Assembly (NCBI GenBank): GCA_036638655.1
Contig: JAVWKG010000001.1
Coordinates: 12,146-76,145 of the forward strand
Origin: Lysinibacillus sp.
GTDB taxonomy: Bacteria; Bacillota; Bacilli; Bacillales_A; Planococcaceae
Length of the DNA: 64,000 nucleotides
Direction: 5' to 3'
Shown here: one piece after another, positions 54,573-64,000 of the stretch
Layout: every line of letters starts with the position of its first letter
Position numbering within the stretch: the stretch's first letter is position 1
Notes under the pieces: generated by a model
Told to the model about the DNA's origin: nothing
Databases searched by the model: none
What the model saw: only the letters and a program-made list of their open reading frames with translations
Made by a program: the position numbers and the translations under genes

Positions 54573-55898
54573 CTACCTACCACCGCCATTTGATAATGTT
54601 ACTAACTCATTCACACTTTCATCTAACGTCACCTTATCCTTATAGCCTTGCTTCAAGTAAGATGTAATAAGTGGTTCATAATGGATTGCTTCATCAATTT
54701 CTTGTGAAGTACCTCGTTTATATGCACCAATATTGATTAAATCCTCTGATTTATCATACGTATAATATAGTTCACGTAATCTTTCAGCAGCTTTCACATG
54801 TGCAGGTTCAGCAATATGGTTCATTAAACGACTGACACTCTTTAATACGTTAATAGCAGGATACTGACCTTTATTGGCCAATGTTCGGTCAAGTACGATA
54901 TGTCCATCTAAAATCCCTCGCACTGTATCTGCAATTGGCTCATTCATGTCATCACCGTCTACTAATACAGTATAAAATGCAGTAATTGTACCGTTTAAGT
55001 TCGTTCCTGTACGTTCTAGTAGTTTCGGTAAAATGGCGAATACAGATGGTGTATAACCTCGCGTTGCTGGTGGTTCTCCTACGGCTAAGCCGATTTCACG
55101 CTGTGCCATTGCCACACGTGTAACAGAATCCATCATCAACATGACATTTAATCCACGATTTCGGAAATACTCTGCGATGGCTGTTGCAGTAAATGCGCCT
55201 TTTATACGCATTAGTGCAGGCTGGTCAGAGGTTGCTGCCACAACAATTGAACGACTTAAACCTTCTGGACCTAAATCACGCTCAATAAATTCACGTACTT
55301 CACGTCCACGCTCTCCAATGAGTGCAATGACGTTTAAATCTGCTCGTGTATTACGTGCAATCATACCGAGTAATGTACTTTTACCTACCCCAGACCCGGC
55401 GAAAATACCAACACGTTGGCCACTACCAACAGTTAACATACCGTCGATTGCCTTGACACCAACTTCCAACCTTTCATTGATAGGTGGACGTGTTAATGGA
55501 TTCGGTGGATCTTGTTCGGTTGGTACTGTCATTAAACCTCTTGGTAATAATGTCCCATCAATTGGATTACCCATTGAATCTAACACTTTGCCAATTAACT
55601 CTGGACCGACTTTTATTTCTAATGGTGCACCTGTTCCTTCAACTAAGCAGCCTGTTGAGATTTCTCGCAAAGACGTAAATGGCATCATCACTACAATTTC
55701 ATCCTTAAATCCAACAACTTCAGCTAAAATAATTTGATGACCATTTTTCGCTGTTTGAACATGTATTTTACATACATCGCCAATGGAACTTTCTGGACCT
55801 TGTGACTCAATCATCAAGCCAACAACTCTTGTTACTCTACCGAACTTTTTAAAAGTTGGTATATTAGGAATTTGTTCGATTAACTGAGCCGCTTTCAT
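54573..55898 (-). CDS. fliI: Flagellar export ATPase FliI
   Basis: AGSGVGKST, GERGRE, MDSVTR. Confidence 0.97.
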   Translation of the reverse strand: MKAAQLIEQIPNIPTFKKFGRVTRVVGLMIESQGPESSIGDVCKIHVQTAKNGHQIILAEVVGFKDEIVVMMPFTSLREISTGCLVEGTGAPLEIKVGPELIGKVLDSMGNPIDGTLLPRGLMTVPTEQDPPNPLTRPPINERLEVGVKAIDGMLTVGSGQRVGIFAGSGVGKSTLLGMIARNTRADLNVIALIGERGREVREFIERDLGPEGLSRSIVVAATSDQPALMRIKGAFTATAIAEYFRNRGLNVMLMMDSVTRVAMAQREIGLAVGEPPATRGYTPSVFAILPKLLERTGTNLNGTITAFYTVLVDGDDMNEPIADTVRGILDGHIVLDRTLANKGQYPAINVLKSVSRLMNHIAEPAHVKAAERLRELYYTYDKSEDLINIGAYKRGTSQEIDEAIHYEPLITSYLKQGYKDKVTLDESVNELVTLSNGGGR

Positions 55899-55903
55899 CT
55901 AGA

Positions 55904-56686
55904 TCATTCCTTACTTTCTAATATTTCATTTAACTTTAATCGCAGTTCATTAAGCTGTTGGTCAATACTAACAACAATACGACCATGGTTTGTCTCAATG
56001 AAGCATTCTGTATTTTCGATATCCTCATTTACAAAAATCATAAATGGTACATCCGTTGGGAACATTTCAGCTAATTCATCGCGACTTTCTGAGATTAGTT
56101 CATAATACATTGGAGATACATAGATTTTAATCTCTTTCATCTCCCGCGCTTCTTTTAAGCCTCTTTTGATAATCGCAACGAATACTTCATCATTACGCTC
56201 TAAAGTTGCATTTAAAATTCTTTCAGCGGCAGTTAAACCTAATTCTAAAACAACTTGTTCTTGGTCTTCGATATATTTCCGAGCATTTTCATTGGCATGT
56301 GTGATAACACCATTTGCCGTTGCTAACGACTCAGCCATTGCCTCATTTGCCTTGTTAATACCGTCTTCATAACCTTGTCCAAAACCTTCATCATATGCTT
56401 CTTGTAAACGAATTGGCTGTTCTTCTTGCCAAGTTTGCTTTATTTGTTCAATCTCATCTAGTTCTTGCTGTTTCACTTGTTCAAATGCTACACGTTCAGC
56501 TTCTAGCTTTGCTTGCGCCTCTGCTATTAAGCGATCACGTTCTTTTAACACATCGTCCATCGTAATTTCAATTTCTTGCACTTCACTTGAATCTACCTCA
56601 GGCTCAGCGAACATATTACGAATTTGAATTTCTCGTACATTTTCCGAAGTAGATTGCGAAAATTTTGAACGGATGATTCTAGACAA
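55904..56686 (-). CDS. fliH: Flagellar assembly protein FliH
   Basis: AYDEGFGQGYEDG (GxxxG repeats); synteny. Confidence 0.92.
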   Translation of the reverse strand: MSRIIRSKFSQSTSENVREIQIRNMFAEPEVDSSEVQEIEITMDDVLKERDRLIAEAQAKLEAERVAFEQVKQQELDEIEQIKQTWQEEQPIRLQEAYDEGFGQGYEDGINKANEAMAESLATANGVITHANENARKYIEDQEQVVLELGLTAAERILNATLERNDEVFVAIIKRGLKEAREMKEIKIYVSPMYYELISESRDELAEMFPTDVPFMIFVNEDIENTECFIETNHGRIVVSIDQQLNELRLKLNEILESKE

Positions 56687-57692
56687 TTACGTCATCCCCT
56701 CCGCCACGAGCGATGATGATTTCACCAGCATCTTCTAAGCGTCGAATAACAGCAACAATGCGAGACTGTGCTTCTTCAACATCACGTAATCGAACTGGTC
56801 CCATAATTTCCATCTCATCTCGGAATGTCTCTGCCATACGTTGCGACATATTACGGAAAATGATGTCTTTTACTTCATCACTTGAAACTTTCATAGAAAG
56901 TAGTAAATCTTCATTTTCACAGTCACGAATAACGCGTTGAATAGAACGATTGTCGAGTGTTACGATATCTTCGAATACAAACATACGTTTTTTGATTTCT
57001 TCTGCAAGCTCTGGATCTTGAATTTCGAGTGCATCGAGAATTGTTTTTTCTGTTTGACGGTCTACACCATTCAGAACTTCCACCACTGCATCAATACCGC
57101 CAGTTTCTGTGTAATCCTGCGTTACTGTAGACGATAATTTTCTTTCAAGTACTGATTCTATTTCACTAATAACTTCCGGTGATGTCGAATCCATCATCGC
57201 AATACGTTTTGCAATATCCGCTTGTACTTCCTGTGGTAATGAAGAAAGAATAACACCCGCTTGCCCTGCTTCTAAATATGAAAGGATAAGGGCAATCGTT
57301 TGTGGATGCTCGTTTTGAATAAAGTTAAAAATTTGCGCTGGATCTGCTCGTCTCGCAAAGTCAAACGGACGAACTTGTAGCGAAGATGTTAAGCGATTAA
57401 TAATTGTTTGCGCTTGTTCATTTCCTAAAGCTTTTTCAAGAACGGTTTTAGCATAGCCAATACCGCCTTGTGAAATATAATCTTGCGCAAGTGCAATATT
57501 ATGAAACTCTTCGATAATTTCTTCTTTTACATTTGCTTCTACCTTTTTTACACCTGAAATTTCGAGAGTTAAACGCTCAATTTCTTCCTCATTTAAATGC
57601 TTATAGACAGAAGCCGATACTTCAGGCCCTAGTGAAATTAACAGGAGTGCAGCTTTTTGTTTTCCTGATAATTCTTTTTCTTTCTTGGACAC
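56679..57692 (-). CDS. fliG: Flagellar motor switch protein FliG
   Basis: EHPQ, MFVFED, GPVRLRDVE. Confidence 0.98.
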   Translation of the reverse strand: MSKKEKELSGKQKAALLLISLGPEVSASVYKHLNEEEIERLTLEISGVKKVEANVKEEIIEEFHNIALAQDYISQGGIGYAKTVLEKALGNEQAQTIINRLTSSLQVRPFDFARRADPAQIFNFIQNEHPQTIALILSYLEAGQAGVILSSLPQEVQADIAKRIAMMDSTSPEVISEIESVLERKLSSTVTQDYTETGGIDAVVEVLNGVDRQTEKTILDALEIQDPELAEEIKKRMFVFEDIVTLDNRSIQRVIRDCENEDLLLSMKVSSDEVKDIIFRNMSQRMAETFRDEMEIMGPVRLRDVEEAQSRIVAVIRRLEDAGEIIIARGGGDDVIV

Positions 57693-57707
57693 AGCCGAAC
57701 CTCCTAA

Positions 57708-59303
57708 TTAGTCTTCAGCAATCCATGTACGCAATAACTTCGCAAAATCATCTGGCTTATCTTTTGCCATTTTTTCAAGTTGCTTACGGCGCACTGTAGC
57801 TTCAGTTTCAATTTCTTCATTAATGTCATCAACGATTAAGTCTTCTTGTTGTTCAAGGATGTACAGCTCTTCTTCTGCTTTCTTACGCTTACGAGAGCGA
57901 ACGATGAAGAATGCTAACAATACGATTACGACTAATAAAATGCCGCCAATCACCCAAACCCACCAAGGTATAACTGGTTTCTCATCTGCACCACTTGCTT
58001 CTTTTCCGTAAAGTGGTTGAACTGAAACAGCAACTTTTTCATCAATTTGTTCTTGCGTTAACTCTGCAGTTACATCTTTTGCAATCGTTGTACGAACAAC
58101 TGTACTTAAAATCTTTTCGATATCTTCTTGAACCCCTTCAGGTAATGAAGCAGCGTCTGTCGGTGTTGGTGGTTCTAAAATAACTTGAATACCTATATCA
58201 CGAATTTTATATGGCGCTTCTTGAATCTCTTTATTAATGCGATTCACGTCATTATTTATCGTTTCTTCTGTGCGCTCGTAATCGCCATCTCCTGTTGCAC
58301 CTTCACTATACGATGTAAAGTTATCTGTAGGTAATTCCGCCTCTGGTGTGCCAGTTGCCCCTGCACCTCTACCAGAATATGTTTCTGTAATACGTTGTGC
58401 ACTAATTGCGATACCTTCCATATTTTCTTCATCTACAGGTGCAACAATTTTTTCTTCACGATTTTCTTTTTTGAAATCGACATCTGTTGTAACAGATACA
58501 ATCACTTTGTCTTTACCCATTAATGTACCGAGCATATCCTGCACTTGACGTTGCAGATCGCGTTCGATCGTTTTCTTCATTTGCAATTGACCAGCAGCAG
58601 TTGTTGTTTCGCCCTCTTCTACACTATCTCCCGAATTCAAATCGAAATTATCAGAGAACTGATTACTTATGGCAATATTATCAGTGCTTAAATTTGGAAT
58701 ACTTTTTGACACTAGATTATACATTGTCGTAATTTGTTGTTCAGTGAATTTGTGTCCTGGGTCAGTCGTTAATGCAATGGCAGCTTGCGCCTCACCTTGA
58801 GTATCTGTAACAAATACACCTTCCTCAGGCAACGTAATAATTACTTTTGCATCCTTTACACCTTCAAGTGTTTTGATTAGCTTGCCTATTTCTGTTTCAA
58901 TAGCTGCTTTTTTTAATATGTTGAACTCATTGTCCGTCATACCAAAACCTGAACTATTAAAAGATGAATAATCAATTAAGCCTGATTGCGGATATCCCTC
59001 TGAAGCTAATTGTACAAGCAATGCATCAACTTGCTCTTCAGGAACTCGAATTTCAGTTCCGCCTGGCGCTAACTCATACTGCACACCTTGTGTATCAAGC
59101 GCTTCTTTCACTTGTCCAATTTCTCTCGTAGACAAATCCTTATATAGGGTTACAAAAGTAGTACGCGTTGCAGCATAAGTGATTATCGCAGCTAACAAAA
59201 TAACCACTACAACCGAACCTATCATTATTCCCTTTTGTTTTTTACTCCGACTTGTCCAAAATTGGCTGGCGTCGGTTTTTATTTTCGTCAGTCGTTCATT
59301 CAT
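57708..59303 (-). CDS. fliF: Flagellar M-ring protein FliF
   Basis: Two TM helices, FGMTDNEF, C-terminal FAKLLRTW. Confidence 0.96.
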   Translation of the reverse strand: MNERLTKIKTDASQFWTSRSKKQKGIMIGSVVVVILLAAIITYAATRTTFVTLYKDLSTREIGQVKEALDTQGVQYELAPGGTEIRVPEEQVDALLVQLASEGYPQSGLIDYSSFNSSGFGMTDNEFNILKKAAIETEIGKLIKTLEGVKDAKVIITLPEEGVFVTDTQGEAQAAIALTTDPGHKFTEQQITTMYNLVSKSIPNLSTDNIAISNQFSDNFDLNSGDSVEEGETTTAAGQLQMKKTIERDLQRQVQDMLGTLMGKDKVIVSVTTDVDFKKENREEKIVAPVDEENMEGIAISAQRITETYSGRGAGATGTPEAELPTDNFTSYSEGATGDGDYERTEETINNDVNRINKEIQEAPYKIRDIGIQVILEPPTPTDAASLPEGVQEDIEKILSTVVRTTIAKDVTAELTQEQIDEKVAVSVQPLYGKEASGADEKPVIPWWVWVIGGILLVVIVLLAFFIVRSRKRKKAEEELYILEQQEDLIVDDINEEIETEATVRRKQLEKMAKDKPDDFAKLLRTWIAED

Positions 59304-59379
59304 TATGAATCCTCCGGTTATAGTGAACAACCTAGCAATTAATAATTCGCACTAACAGTGTAAAAGCCACTGTATAAAG

Positions 59380-59685
59380 TTAAACACTCATACGCATTAT
59401 TTCTTGATAAGCTTCAATCACCTTATTGCGAACCTCAAGTGTTGCATTTAGTGAAATACTTGCCTTCTGAGAGGCAATCATTACTTCATGGAGTTCTACA
59501 TCTCCACCTGTTATTAATTTTTGTGTGAAATTATCAGAAGTAATTTGATTATCATTCACCTTAGCAATGGCTTCTTTTAATGAATTCGCAAAGTTTTGCT
59601 GCGCTTCATAAGGTGTTGTATTTAATTTACTTGTCTCATTTACAACAGGCATAGGTGTCATCAAAGAAACTGACGAAATCGGCAT
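59380..59685 (-). CDS. fliE: Hook-basal body protein FliE
   Basis: VRNKVIEAYQEIMRM. Confidence 0.96.
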   Translation of the reverse strand: MPISSVSLMTPMPVVNETSKLNTTPYEAQQNFANSLKEAIAKVNDNQITSDNFTQKLITGGDVELHEVMIASQKASISLNATLEVRNKVIEAYQEIMRMSV

Positions 59686-59712
59686 TATGTATCATCCTCT
59701 CATTGTATAGGT

Positions 59713-60177
59713 TTATTTCCCTATTTCTAAAGCTTTAGTTAACATCGATTTATTAGCATTGAATACTGTAACATTTGCTTCATACGAACGTGTTGCAGAC
59801 ATTAAATCGACCATTTCTTTTAATGGATCCACATTTGGCATATTCACATAGCCGTCCTCATTTGCGTCAGGATGTGTCGGGTCATACACTAATTTAAATG
59901 GCGTCTCTACATCCTCTTTAATTCGTGAAACTTTAACCCCATTACCAACTGCCCCTTTTGCTTTAGAGCCTTGCGCTACATTTAAAAATTTTGAAAAACT
60001 ATTACCGTCTTGTGCTGTTAACGTAACTGATTTACGACGATAAGGAACCCACTCACCATTTACTTGTTTAGCACGTGTTGTGTCGACATTTGCCATATTA
60101 GAAGATATTACATCCATCCTTAGACGTTGCGCCGTTAAAGCAGAGGCTGTGGTATTCATCCCATGAAAGATAGACAT
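59713..60177 (-). CDS. flgC: Basal-body rod protein FlgC
   Basis: YDPTHPDA, PNVDPLKEM, RSYEAN. Confidence 0.97.
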   Translation of the reverse strand: MSIFHGMNTTASALTAQRLRMDVISSNMANVDTTRAKQVNGEWVPYRRKSVTLTAQDGNSFSKFLNVAQGSKAKGAVGNGVKVSRIKEDVETPFKLVYDPTHPDANEDGYVNMPNVDPLKEMVDLMSATRSYEANVTVFNANKSMLTKALEIGK

Positions 60178-60180
60178 TTA

Positions 60181-60573
60181 TTACTTACCTCCCTTAATAA
60201 CTGTATTTAATGAATTTAACTTGCCGTTTACACGATCGATAAGCGCATTGTAATAAATTTGGTTTTCAGCCATTTTCGCTTGCTGCGTATCCATATCTAC
60301 AGCATTTCCGTTGTTTCGATATCGTAAATTATCAACATCGTATACACCTGGTGTCGCTTGCTTTATAGAAAAGTCGAAATGTCTGTTATCAGAGCGATAC
60401 GCTGAGATTGATGTTTGCTGCTCATCCGCTAACACATCTTTAAAACTAACTTTTTTCTCCTTATAATTCGGTGTATCGACATTCGCAATATTTTGCGCAA
60501 TTGTTTTTTGATTCAGCGTTGCATAGGAAAGTCCATTTTCCAGGCGACTAATAGTTCCACCAAATAAGTTCAA
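60181..60573 (-). CDS. flgB: Basal-body rod protein FlgB
   Basis: NIANVDTPNYK, NGNAVDMD; TTG start behind GAGGTG. Confidence 0.96.
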   Translation of the reverse strand: MNLFGGTISRLENGLSYATLNQKTIAQNIANVDTPNYKEKKVSFKDVLADEQQTSISAYRSDNRHFDFSIKQATPGVYDVDNLRYRNNGNAVDMDTQQAKMAENQIYYNALIDRVNGKLNSLNTVIKGGK

Positions 60574-60633
60574 ACCATTCACCTCATTTTTTGTATTTAT
60601 AATATGTAATCTAGATTATTACCCAATACTACA

Positions 60634-60662
60634 ATTGTAATTAAGAACCTACGTAGTGTCTA
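60634..60662 (-). promoter_or_regulatory. Sigma-A promoter of the fla/che operon
   Basis: TAGACA-N17-TACAAT. Confidence 0.75.
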
Positions 60663-60704
60663 TTGTCTTTTGTCATATTTTAATAGTAGATACGGCTTAT
60701 TTTT

Positions 60705-60847
60705 TTCGACATAATATAGGACAAACGATAATTAACCATACCTCTATCCTACAGAAGACAAAATTCGACATTTTTCCACAAGGTAAACACTAGCTATTTA
60801 GTGTTTACTATCCATATATCCTTTTATACCTTTTCAATAATTCGACA
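60705..60847 (-). promoter_or_regulatory. Three perfect Spo0A boxes (TGTCGAA)
   Basis: TTCGACA on the plus strand at 60705, 60764 and 60841; near match at 60887. Confidence 0.6.
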
Positions 60848-61090
60848 CATTTTTATGTAAATAAGAGCCCATTATTAAAGCATGTAATCGACAGCATTCA
60901 CCAACATCTATTATTCTACTCATTATATCGTAAAGAAAAAGAAAGGATACATGAAATAAAAGTAAGAAAAATTACTCTTTTCGTAAAATTACCACTTTTC
61001 TCCTGAGGATAAGCGAGCGAAATGTTTGAGAAAACACCAATAGTTTCACAATACTTATTTAAAAGCGAGCACCTATTTTATCGTAAACAT

Positions 61091-61124
61091 AAAAAAATAG
61101 GCTTCACCTAAATGTGAAACCTAT
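61091..61124 (-). terminator. Intrinsic terminator after codY
   Basis: Minus strand ATAGGTTTCAC...GTGAAGCCTAT followed by a T-run. Confidence 0.8.
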
Positions 61125-61137
61125 CGCTATAATATAT

Positions 61138-61917
61138 TTATTTCATTTTAATTTCAGCTAATGCATTTAAAAACTTGTCGTTCAGGACTTTAATATAAGT
61201 ACCTTTCATACCAAGTGAACGAGACTCAATAACACCCGCACTCTCAAGTTTACGTAATGCATTTACGATTACAGAACGTGTAATACCCACTCGGTCTGCA
61301 ATTTTAGATGCCACTAATAAACCTTCGTTGCCGTCCAGCTCTTCAAAAATATGCTCAATCGCTTCTAACTCACTATATGACAATGAATTGATCGCCATTT
61401 GAACAACCGCTTTACTACGTGCTTCCTCTTCGATTTCCTCTGATTTTTCACGTAAAATTTCCATACCTACTACAGTTGCACCGTATTCAGCTAGGATTAA
61501 ATCATCATCCTCGAATTGAGAAGATAAACGAGCAAGGATTAATGTTCCTAAACGTTCACCGCCACCAACGATTGGTACAATTGTTGTTACAGCATTTTGG
61601 AATATTTCTTTATTCTCTACTGGGAATGCCGTATGCGGGTTATTAATATCTAAATTAGATGAAGTTTCTCCAATTGCAAATAAATTTTGTGTATATGCTT
61701 CTGGGAATTGACGCTCTTCAAACATCTTTTTAACACGTTCATTCTCAATTTGTTGGTGAATAGAAATACCTAAAAGTTTACCTTTACGACTTACAATAAA
61801 AACATTGCTATCGATTGTATCTCCTAATGTATCCGCCATTTCTTTAAAGTTAACTGGTTTACCAGCTGATGCTTGAAGCATCGAGTTAATTTTTCTTGTT
61901 TTTCCTAATAAATTCAT
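61138..61917 (-). CDS. codY: Global regulator CodY
   Basis: [26 protein letters not shown]. Confidence 0.99.
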   Translation of the reverse strand: MNLLGKTRKINSMLQASAGKPVNFKEMADTLGDTIDSNVFIVSRKGKLLGISIHQQIENERVKKMFEERQFPEAYTQNLFAIGETSSNLDINNPHTAFPVENKEIFQNAVTTIVPIVGGGERLGTLILARLSSQFEDDDLILAEYGATVVGMEILREKSEEIEEEARSKAVVQMAINSLSYSELEAIEHIFEELDGNEGLLVASKIADRVGITRSVIVNALRKLESAGVIESRSLGMKGTYIKVLNDKFLNALAEIKMK

Positions 61918-62005
61918 ACTATTTTTCCTCCTATATATAATCCGTAGGTTATTTACTAAATATTCTAAAGGTTTTCACAATTTATTGATACTAATTATAC
62001 TTACA

Positions 62006-63412
62006 TTATAAAATAAACTGTGACAAATCTTTGTTTTTTACTATTCCGCTAAGCTTTTGGTCTACATACGAAGCAGTAATGTCTATATGAGCTGGGGAAA
62101 TTTCAGACGCTTCAAACGACAACTCTTCTAGTAAACGTTCTAAAATTGTATGCAAACGACGCGCACCAATATTATCTGTCTCCTGATTCACTTCCGTTGC
62201 GATTTCAGCTATTCTTTCGATCGCATCATCCGTGAAGTCGATTTCCACACCTTCTGTTTCAAGCAACGCCTTATACTGTAATAGAAGCGATTGATCCGGC
62301 TCACGCAAAATGCGAATAAAATCTTCCTTCGTTAGTTTCTCAAGTTCGACACGAATCGGGAAACGACCTTGTAATTCTGGTATTAAATCTGATGGTTTCG
62401 ACATATGGAAAGCACCCGCTGCAACAAACAGCATGTAATCCGTTTTAACTGCACCGTATTTTGTCGTGACTGTTGACCCTTCAACTATCGGTAAAATATC
62501 ACGCTGTACACCTTCACGTGAAATTCCGGCAGAAGAATTACTATTGCCTTTACTAGCAATTTTATCAATTTCATCAATAAATATGATACCTGCTTGTTCT
62601 GCTCGCAAAACTGCCTGTTGAGCAACTTCCTCAGCATCAATCAACTTACCCGCTTCTTCAATTGTTAAAATTCGACGAGCATCTTTTACTTGCACTCGTC
62701 TTTTCTTATGTTTTTTTGGCATTAAACTTGAAAGCATGTCTTGCATACCACTATTTGAAGACATATCCATCCCTGTACCTTGCAACGCATCAAAAATAGA
62801 TGGATTTTGTTCAGCAACTTCTACCGTTACCCACTCTTCTTCCAACTTGCCATTTCGCAAGTCAATTGCAATTTGAGCACGTTTTGAGCGAACTTCAGTC
62901 TCTGCTGAAGAATTGTCATCTTGCATCGTTTGCTCTTTTTGACCTCCGAATAACATTTCAAACGGATTTTGCATTGCTTGTTTTTTACTTAGAGATGGCG
63001 CAAGAAGCTTAACAATTGCCTCATTTGCTAATTGTTCAGCCTGTTCCTGTACAGACGCCATTAACTCTTCTTTGACAATACGGTGTGATGCTTCAACTAA
63101 ATCACGAACCATTGACTCAACATCCCGACCAACATAACCAACTTCAGTGAATTTAGTTGCCTCCACTTTAATAAATGGCGCTTTTGTTAGCTTAGCAATT
63201 CGTCGAGCAATTTCAGTTTTCCCAACACCAGTTGGACCGATCATTAAAATATTTTTCGGAATGACTTCAACTTTCATTTCATCACTTAGTAACGAGCGAC
63301 GATAGCGATTACGCAATGCAATAGCAACTGCTCTTTTCGCATCTTTTTGTCCAACGATATATCGATCAAGATGCTCAGAAATTTGTCTTGGCGTTAAGTT
63401 TTGTTCTGTCAT
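62006..63412 (-). CDS. hslU: ATP-dependent protease ATPase HslU/ClpY
   Basis: [24 protein letters not shown]. Confidence 0.98.
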   Translation of the reverse strand: MTEQNLTPRQISEHLDRYIVGQKDAKRAVAIALRNRYRRSLLSDEMKVEVIPKNILMIGPTGVGKTEIARRIAKLTKAPFIKVEATKFTEVGYVGRDVESMVRDLVEASHRIVKEELMASVQEQAEQLANEAIVKLLAPSLSKKQAMQNPFEMLFGGQKEQTMQDDNSSAETEVRSKRAQIAIDLRNGKLEEEWVTVEVAEQNPSIFDALQGTGMDMSSNSGMQDMLSSLMPKKHKKRRVQVKDARRILTIEEAGKLIDAEEVAQQAVLRAEQAGIIFIDEIDKIASKGNSNSSAGISREGVQRDILPIVEGSTVTTKYGAVKTDYMLFVAAGAFHMSKPSDLIPELQGRFPIRVELEKLTKEDFIRILREPDQSLLLQYKALLETEGVEIDFTDDAIERIAEIATEVNQETDNIGARRLHTILERLLEELSFEASEISPAHIDITASYVDQKLSGIVKNKDLSQFIL

Positions 63413-63957
63413 TAGTCAAGCGCCTCCACGATAATATTATGATTTGTAAATACACAGATTTCAGCGGCTGTTTCTAAAGCAGCACGCGCAATTCCTTCAG
63501 CTGTCAACGTATCTCCTGCATGCTTTTTCAATGCACGACCTGCTGATAAGGCATAGTGCCCCCCTGAACCAATTGCCAAAATTCCATCATCTGGTTCGAT
63601 GACTTCCCCGGTACCTGACACTAACAATAATGTGCTTTTATCCATTACTAGTAGCATAGCCTCTAATTGGCGCAGCATTTTATCTCCCCGCCATTGCTTT
63701 GCCACTTCAACAGCAGCACGTTGTAAGTTCCCATTATATTCATTTAATTTTGTTTCGAACATCTCAAAAAGTGTAAAAGCATCTGCAACTGAACCGGCGA
63801 AGCCAGCTAGTACCTGACCATTAAACAGACGTCTGACCTTTTTAGCGGTATGTTTCATCACTACTGCATTCCCTAAAGTCACTTGACCATCTCCAGCCAT
63901 CGCACAACTTCCACGATGATGCACAGCGAATATCGTTGTTGCATGAATCTGTCCCAT
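63412..63957 (-). CDS. hslV: ATP-dependent protease subunit HslV/ClpQ
   Basis: [19 protein letters not shown]. Confidence 0.98.
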   Translation of the reverse strand: MGQIHATTIFAVHHRGSCAMAGDGQVTLGNAVVMKHTAKKVRRLFNGQVLAGFAGSVADAFTLFEMFETKLNEYNGNLQRAAVEVAKQWRGDKMLRQLEAMLLVMDKSTLLLVSGTGEVIEPDDGILAIGSGGHYALSAGRALKKHAGDTLTAEGIARAALETAAEICVFTNHNIIVEALD

Positions 63958-63980
63958 TTGTCTTCCTCCTCGCATAATCA

Positions 63981-64000
63981 CTACGCCCTTGGATGAGCAT
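63981..64000 (-). CDS. xerC: 3' end of tyrosine recombinase XerC/CodV (partial)
   Basis: Last codons AHPRA-stop; standard codV-clpQ-clpY-codY synteny. Confidence 0.7.

Noticed and set aside
55141-55737. Long plus-strand ORFs opposite real genes (this one, 14132-14551, 25893-26276 and many others)
   Set aside because: Antisense shadows of conserved minus-strand genes with no recognisable motifs
60583-61137. c-di-GMP riboswitch or invertible flagellar switch upstream of flgB
   Set aside because: No GEMM-type motif and no long flanking inverted repeats are visible, and the predicted 5' UTR is short
60960-62005. CodY-box-like words near 60976-60990 and upstream of codY
   Set aside because: Only about 11/15 matches in very AT-rich DNA, which is expected by chance

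Overview
This is a low-GC Bacillales chromosome segment. Gene content and the repeat family look most like Lysinibacillus/Caryophanaceae (inference). Almost every real gene lies on the minus strand. In transcription order the window holds the xerC(codV) 3' end, hslV-hslU-codY, the full fla/che cluster (flgB to cheD), sigD and swrB-like genes. It continues with rpsB-tsf-pyrH-frr, uppS-cdsA-dxr-rseP-proS-polC, rimP-nusA-ylxR-ylxQ-infB-ylxP-rbfA-truB-ribF, rpsO, pnp and an M16 peptidase. A roughly 5.4 kb accessory block follows: PadR plus DUF2812, a small membrane/HTH protein, a reductase-domain remnant, and a Fur-boxed IsdE-type heme ABC importer with a HugZ/HutZ-like enzyme. I saw no rRNA, tRNA, CRISPR array, prophage or transposase. 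The most notable signals are: (1) a two-hairpin RNA element that starts at the stop codon of the TIGR02530 flagellar gene, whose product has a BECR/DUF4258 RNase-like motif, and fills the flgE leader; (2) a nested non-autonomous repeat family in 4 copies, one with ISL3-like ends and an 8-bp TSD, with an inner module that shows base-pair covariation; (3) a swrD ribosome-binding site split from its ATG by a hairpin; (4) a small membrane protein after cheD whose tail resembles the FliG-binding C-terminus of FliF; (5) a four-copy palindromic operator array at the PadR promoter. All family assignments are by eye, with no database searches.
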